Part shown: piece after piece, positions 59,619-64,000 of the stretch | Layout: each line of letters starts with the position of its first letter | Position numbering within the stretch: the first letter of the stretch is position 1 | Source of the DNA: Bdellovibrionota bacterium | Lineage (GTDB): Bacteria > Bdellovibrionota_G > JALEGL01 > DATDPG01 | Assembly (NCBI GenBank): GCA_963668355.1 | Contig: OY764265.1 | Coordinates: 32,001 to 96,000, forward strand | Length of the DNA: 64,000 bases | Reading direction: 5' to 3' | Notes under the pieces: generated by a model | Databases searched by the model: none | What the model was told of the DNA's origin: nothing | What the model saw: the letters and a program-made list of their open reading frames with translations, nothing else | Made by a program: the position numbers and the translations under genes

Positions 59619-60227
59619 CTATGCATTGGAGTATTGTTTTTCCAATTTTCTGCCCAATCGCTTATACGCTCGATGCGCTGAAACTTTTACGGCAGAGAGC
59701 CCCATACCCAATTCCTCTGCCACTTCTTTCATGGACCATCCTTCGAATTTTATCAAACGAATGATCCTTCTTTGTTTCTTATTCAAGTCGTTGAGTGCAA
59801 CTTCAATTTCTCTTTCTTGTTCACGATCAGACTCCGGAGCTGCTGCCGCGAGATCATCCGGATCTAAGGCGGTATGTGGCCCTTCGTGCACAGATCGACG
59901 CCCTTGTTGGCGAACATAATCCACCACACGTCTCTGAGCGATGGCATACATCCAGGGAAGAAACGGACGGGCCGGATCATACGATTCCCGAGCCCGATGA
60001 ATGGAAAGAAGAGCCTCCTGCAAAACATCATCTACCTCTTCAGGACGGTAGATTCTTTTTTTCAAATAGACACTTAAAAGCGCCTTCACCCGATCAAACA
60101 ACTCATTGTAAGCATCCTCATCGCCTTCTTGGCCCTTAGCCATCAGAAACGATAACCTCGTACCCAGGTCGTAATTGGGCGTTCCTTCCGGAAAAATGTG
60201 ACGCTTGCAAAACATGATACAGATCAT
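59619..60227 (-). CDS. ECF RNA polymerase sigma factor
   Basis: GDEDAY, DDVLQE..YDPARPFLPW, region 4 SMKEVAEELG..VKVSAHRA. Confidence 0.9.
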   Translation of the reverse strand: MICIMFCKRHIFPEGTPNYDLGTRLSFLMAKGQEGDEDAYNELFDRVKALLSVYLKKRIYRPEEVDDVLQEALLSIHRARESYDPARPFLPWMYAIAQRRVVDYVRQQGRRSVHEGPHTALDPDDLAAAAPESDREQEREIEVALNDLNKKQRRIIRLIKFEGWSMKEVAEELGMGLSAVKVSAHRAYKRLGRKLEKQYSNA

Positions 60228-60293
60228 ATTTTAATGCTTCCTCGAAACAATCTCAATTGAAGATTTTATCAATGGTTCTGGTAAGTTAGAAAC

Positions 60294-60786
60294 ATGTCTG
60301 AAAAATTCATATCCAACCCCTTTGCCACGATGCCAGGATTCAATTGTTTCGCCTGTGGTTCCCACAATCGCCTGGGCCTGAAGTTGAAGTTTCTGGAAGA
60401 TGGTCAAGGCGTCCGGACCTCGATCACCCCCCAAGATGAGTACAAAGGGTTTGCAGACATTCTTCATGGCGGCATTCAATCTACTTTGCTTGATGAGGTC
60501 ATGTGGTGGGCAGCGTTCCAGGCCAAGAAGTTGGCCTGCTTAACTCAAAACCTCCAAATTGATTTTCGAGGGCCCATTCGCGTCCAAGAGCCTTTGAATG
60601 CCTATGCCAAGGTGACCAATTCGAGGGAATCGGGCTCAAACGGAAGGACAAATTATGGTTGGGGGCTCTCTTCTGGCAAAAGCCACCGGGACTTACTTCT
60701 TCCCATCCCGAAAGCTCTTGGCCCGAACCTTGAACATCCCCTCAAACGAAATTCCTTCTGAACTCCTGTCGTACACGCAGCCGTGA
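60294..60786 (+). pseudogene. PaaI-like thioesterase with frameshift near 60625-60634
   Basis: CFACG, LHGGIQSTLLDE; expected last strands (EGQIMVGGSLLAKATGTYF) are in the +1 frame, ending at TGA 60784-60786. Confidence 0.75.
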
Positions 60787-60795
60787 TTAACCCAG

Positions 60796-61794
60796 TCAAC
60801 CCATCCGGCCGGCAAGCAGCTCCGCAATGGGTTTGGTGGAATCAATTCGTGAAAGAATGATTTTGGCGATGGCCGTAATCGGAACGGCTAAAAACATTCC
60901 GACCATACCCCAAACCAATCCCCAAAAGAGCAAGAAGAACAACACGGTCACGGGATGAAGATCCATCCCCTCCCCCATCAATTTGGGCTCAATGATGTTC
61001 CCCACAAGCACTTGGATCGCCGCCGTTAAAATGAAAGCCACCCAAAACTCGCCTCCCAATCCAAACTGCAGAAGAATGACAGGAAGAGGGAGCAATGTAG
61101 CCACGATGGATCCAATGCTGGGAATGAAATTCAAGAGAAAAGCCACCACGCCAAACATCAAAGCCAAATCCACGCCTACGATTCCCAAAACAAGTCCCAC
61201 CAAAAGTCCCGTCCCGGTCGAAACCAAGAATTTTGTGGCCACGTATCGCGAAATTTTGTTTTGAATTTCAGTCAGAAGAGCTGATTTAGGTTTGGTGCCA
61301 TCGTGCCCCAACATCAAAAACAGGACGAACACGACGATCAATAAAAAGTTCCCTACAAAAGTTAGGACCCCGCCCGTAACACTCTTGGCCATCGAAAACA
61401 GGGGCATGTCCGCAATTCTTGAACGAATGGCACCTTTCTCGACAGGAAGCCCCCACCCACTCAACCAATTCATTCCCTTTTGAGAAAAAACCAAGACCTT
61501 TTCTTTGTACTCATTGATTCCCTGAACAAAAGAATCCAAGGAGGATGCAACCAGCAACACAAGAAGAGAGGAAAGAATGAGAAAGCTTAAGGCCGTCACT
61601 AAAAAGGAAAGCCATTTGGGAAGTCCAAGCCGCACCCGAAACCAGGTTACTACCGGAGCCACAACAAAAAAGCAGAAAATCGCAATGACCAAGGGAAGCA
61701 TCACGGGCCTCGTATAAATGAGGGACGCCGTCATTGCGATCGCCGCAATCATCATCAACGCCCAGTGATTTAAGGTCTCTCGGGACTGTTTCAT
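60796..61794 (-). CDS. AI-2E family transporter
   Basis: LNFIPSIG, GNIIEPKLMG..LHP, WGMVGMFLAVP. Confidence 0.92.
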   Translation of the reverse strand: MKQSRETLNHWALMMIAAIAMTASLIYTRPVMLPLVIAIFCFFVVAPVVTWFRVRLGLPKWLSFLVTALSFLILSSLLVLLVASSLDSFVQGINEYKEKVLVFSQKGMNWLSGWGLPVEKGAIRSRIADMPLFSMAKSVTGGVLTFVGNFLLIVVFVLFLMLGHDGTKPKSALLTEIQNKISRYVATKFLVSTGTGLLVGLVLGIVGVDLALMFGVVAFLLNFIPSIGSIVATLLPLPVILLQFGLGGEFWVAFILTAAIQVLVGNIIEPKLMGEGMDLHPVTVLFFLLFWGLVWGMVGMFLAVPITAIAKIILSRIDSTKPIAELLAGRMG

Positions 61795-61835
61795 TCGATC
61801 CTCGCCAGTTTGAATGGATTTGATATACCTGGGTC

Positions 61836-62546
61836 ATGCGGCTTGTTCACGTGACCTCTTTTTCCCTTCTTATCTTGATTGGCTTCCAAACGAAAGTCTG
61901 GGCCGAAGAAAAACCCTTTGCGTGTGCCATGAAGATTCAACCGGGTGAACCTGAAAACATTCCTTGTCGAGCAGATTCCGGAAACAAAGCTTTAAATGCC
62001 AAGGCGGTTGCTTTTGCCAGGCGGTTAAACGGGGCTTTTGGGATTCAGGCCAAAGTTTGCTTCTTGGATGATGACCCTCCCAATGCTTGGTCCCGAAACG
62101 ATCAAAGCATTTTGCTCGGTCGAAACCTCATCCGCAAAGAATTTGAAGAGCATGGAAACATCGCGCTTTTTGGCATTTTGGCCCACGAATGGGCGCATCA
62201 ATGGCAGTACTTGAACAAACCCGGAACAGTTATGGGAGGAACCTTGGCCGAACTCCAGGCCGATTGTGTCGCCGGATACCACCTGGGACAGTTTGGCCAA
62301 GTCACCGAAAATGAAGTTACGGCATTTACCAAGTCCTTGTTCCAGAAAGGCGACTATGCCTTCAACTCCCCTACCCACCATGGCACACCAGACACACGAA
62401 TACGTGTCATGCTTTGGGGCTTCAAAAAAGGACAAGAAAAGAGGATCCGTGCACAAACCATTTTCCAAGGCTGTCTGGAACAAGCCAGAACACTCTCTGA
62501 AAACGAAAAGCGAGACTCTTCGCCCGTCAAGGCATTGAAAAAATAA
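61836..62546 (+). CDS. Exported neutral zinc metallopeptidase (YpfJ-like)
   Basis: Signal peptide, AHEWAH, ELQADCVAG, HGTP..R. Confidence 0.85.
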   Translation: MRLVHVTSFSLLILIGFQTKVWAEEKPFACAMKIQPGEPENIPCRADSGNKALNAKAVAFARRLNGAFGIQAKVCFLDDDPPNAWSRNDQSILLGRNLIRKEFEEHGNIALFGILAHEWAHQWQYLNKPGTVMGGTLAELQADCVAGYHLGQFGQVTENEVTAFTKSLFQKGDYAFNSPTHHGTPDTRIRVMLWGFKKGQEKRIRAQTIFQGCLEQARTLSENEKRDSSPVKALKK

Positions 62547-62564
62547 TCTGGATTTCTTGGCGGA

Positions 62565-63560
62565 TTAAACCAAGCCCTTCCAACTATTGAGCATTTGGAT
62601 GTAGTTGGCTCGCTCGTAGGCTCTTGGGTCGGAACATTTTTCCAGCCCCATGCTGCCTTGCATTTGCTTCAACGATTCATACTCATTTTCTTCCAACCAC
62701 TTGGAAACGCCATCTTTCAGCCGAGTTAGATGCTCAGGACCTCGCGCCAACAGAGCGGAGACACATTGAACGGCATGAGCACCGGCCATGACCGCCTTGA
62801 TCGCATCTTGTGCCGTGTGAACACCTCCTGTGACCGCCAAGTTGGCCTTCACGCGGCCAGACAAAATGGCCAACCAACGCAAACGGAGCAACAACTCGCT
62901 CGAAGTGGACAGGTGCAAGGTGTGATTGACTTCCAATTCCTCCAAATCGAAATCGGGTTGATAGAAACGATTGAACAACACCAATGCATCCGCGCCGGCT
63001 TCATCCAATTGCTTGGCGAAATGCGCCAAAGAGGAATAGAACGGAGACAGTTTCACAGCCACCGGAAGGCCAACGCCCTTCACCTTCTTTACGACTTCCA
63101 AGGCTTGTTTTTCTAAGCTTTGGCCATCTTGGTTTAAATCTGTTGCCAACATGTAAAGATTCAATTCGATGGCATCCGCGCCCGCCTCTTTCATAAGCTT
63201 TGCGTAATCCAACCAACCCGACACCGTCGATCCGTTCAGTGAACTAATCACCGGCACCTTCACGGCTTCCTTGATCTTTCGGATCTGATTCAAATAGTCC
63301 TCCGGACCAATTCGATACGCCGAAGCTTCCGGAAAGAAGGAACTCGCTTCACCCGAAATATGGTTATGAGCGTCCATATGATGCGTAGCTCCCAAGCCTT
63401 CACCAATGATTTGTTCCTCAAAAAGAGAGTTCATGACAATGGCGGCTGCACCTGCATCTTCCAGCTTCTTTACGTGATCCAGGTCTGTAGCCATTGGAGA
63501 AGCTCCTGGCATAAAGGGATGGGGCAACTCAAAACCAAGATAGTTTGTGGTTAAATCCAT
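62565..63560 (-). CDS. Dihydroorotate dehydrogenase-like flavoprotein
   Basis: SLFEEQ, AIELN, VKLSP, LFNRFYQPD, TGGVH; downstream of nifJ. Confidence 0.88.
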   Translation of the reverse strand: MDLTTNYLGFELPHPFMPGASPMATDLDHVKKLEDAGAAAIVMNSLFEEQIIGEGLGATHHMDAHNHISGEASSFFPEASAYRIGPEDYLNQIRKIKEAVKVPVISSLNGSTVSGWLDYAKLMKEAGADAIELNLYMLATDLNQDGQSLEKQALEVVKKVKGVGLPVAVKLSPFYSSLAHFAKQLDEAGADALVLFNRFYQPDFDLEELEVNHTLHLSTSSELLLRLRWLAILSGRVKANLAVTGGVHTAQDAIKAVMAGAHAVQCVSALLARGPEHLTRLKDGVSKWLEENEYESLKQMQGSMGLEKCSDPRAYERANYIQMLNSWKGLV

Positions 63561-63572
63561 GATCTTCTCCTT

Positions 63573-64000
63573 CTAGTTGCTTTCTTTTGATTCTTCGGCC
63601 GTCGGATACGACAACGAGGCCATATGTTTATAAAGGGCGTAACGATTGCTCAAATTAATGCCGGCTTGTTTCACCAACTCTTTGAATCGTTTTGGATCCA
63701 CTTTTTCCGCCATGCGGAAACGCGTTTCGTTCTGCATATACTCCATGGCCGAAATTCTCGGAGCCGGAGAGTCTAACTGCAGAGGCGCTTTTCCTTCTTT
63801 GATTCGACGGGGGTCGAAACGATAGAGAGGCCAAATTCCGGAGTCCACGGCCATCTTCTGTTGATTCGGTCCGAAGGACAAATCATAACCATGTGCAATG
63901 CAATGGCTGTAAGCAATAATCAAGGAAGGACCATCATAAGATTCCGCCTCCACAAATGCTTTCACAGTTTGAGCGTCTTTTGCGCCCATCGCTACTTGAG
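63573..64000 (-). CDS. nifJ: Pyruvate:ferredoxin/flavodoxin oxidoreductase, 3' end (cut by window edge)
   Basis: EAESYDGPSLIIAYSHCIAHG, WPLYRFDP, ETRF. Confidence 0.92.
   Translation of the reverse strand, partial: QVAMGAKDAQTVKAFVEAESYDGPSLIIAYSHCIAHGYDLSFGPNQQKMAVDSGIWPLYRFDPRRIKEGKAPLQLDSPAPRISAMEYMQNETRFRMAEKVDPKRFKELVKQAGINLSNRYALYKHMASLSYPTAEESKESN

Overview
Bacterial chromosomal window, probably from a deltaproteobacterial-type lineage (Bdellovibrionota/Myxococcota-like). This is inferred from the HTH-pilM pair, a MYXO-CTERM-like tail and sigma54 motifs. Left part (1-25.6 kb) is core: HTH-pilM; ffh-rpsP-khpA-rimM-trmD-rplS followed by a degenerate SMC-like gene; PIN-PhoH; amgK-murU; bolA-grxD; an 8-gene nucleoside salvage cluster; an orphan PhaR-like regulator; and a beta-barrel plus peptidase/propeller/Omp85-like pair. 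At 25.65-34.9 kb a rod-shaped 6S-like ncRNA candidate and a tRNA-Arg(UCG) precede an ~8.7 kb island with no integrase. The island is bounded by ~155-bp structured direct repeats that end in a copy of the tRNA 3' end. It carries two co-oriented IS91-family (HUH) transposase remnants near opposite ends, 27-bp REP-like repeats located exactly at two gene-truncation points, and a 1346-aa exported HAD-domain protein between those repeats. This nested island is the best candidate for an undescribed system. Right part: surface lipoproteins with sigma54-like promoters, a STAND-type adenylate cyclase, HCF101-like Mrp, several enzymes, a PAS bEBP facing an unannotated 59-aa ORF, an orphan ECF sigma, a DHODH-like gene and the 3' end of nifJ. 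Three genes have single-base frameshifts in or near short homopolymers, which may be sequencing errors. All calls are by eye; no searches were run.
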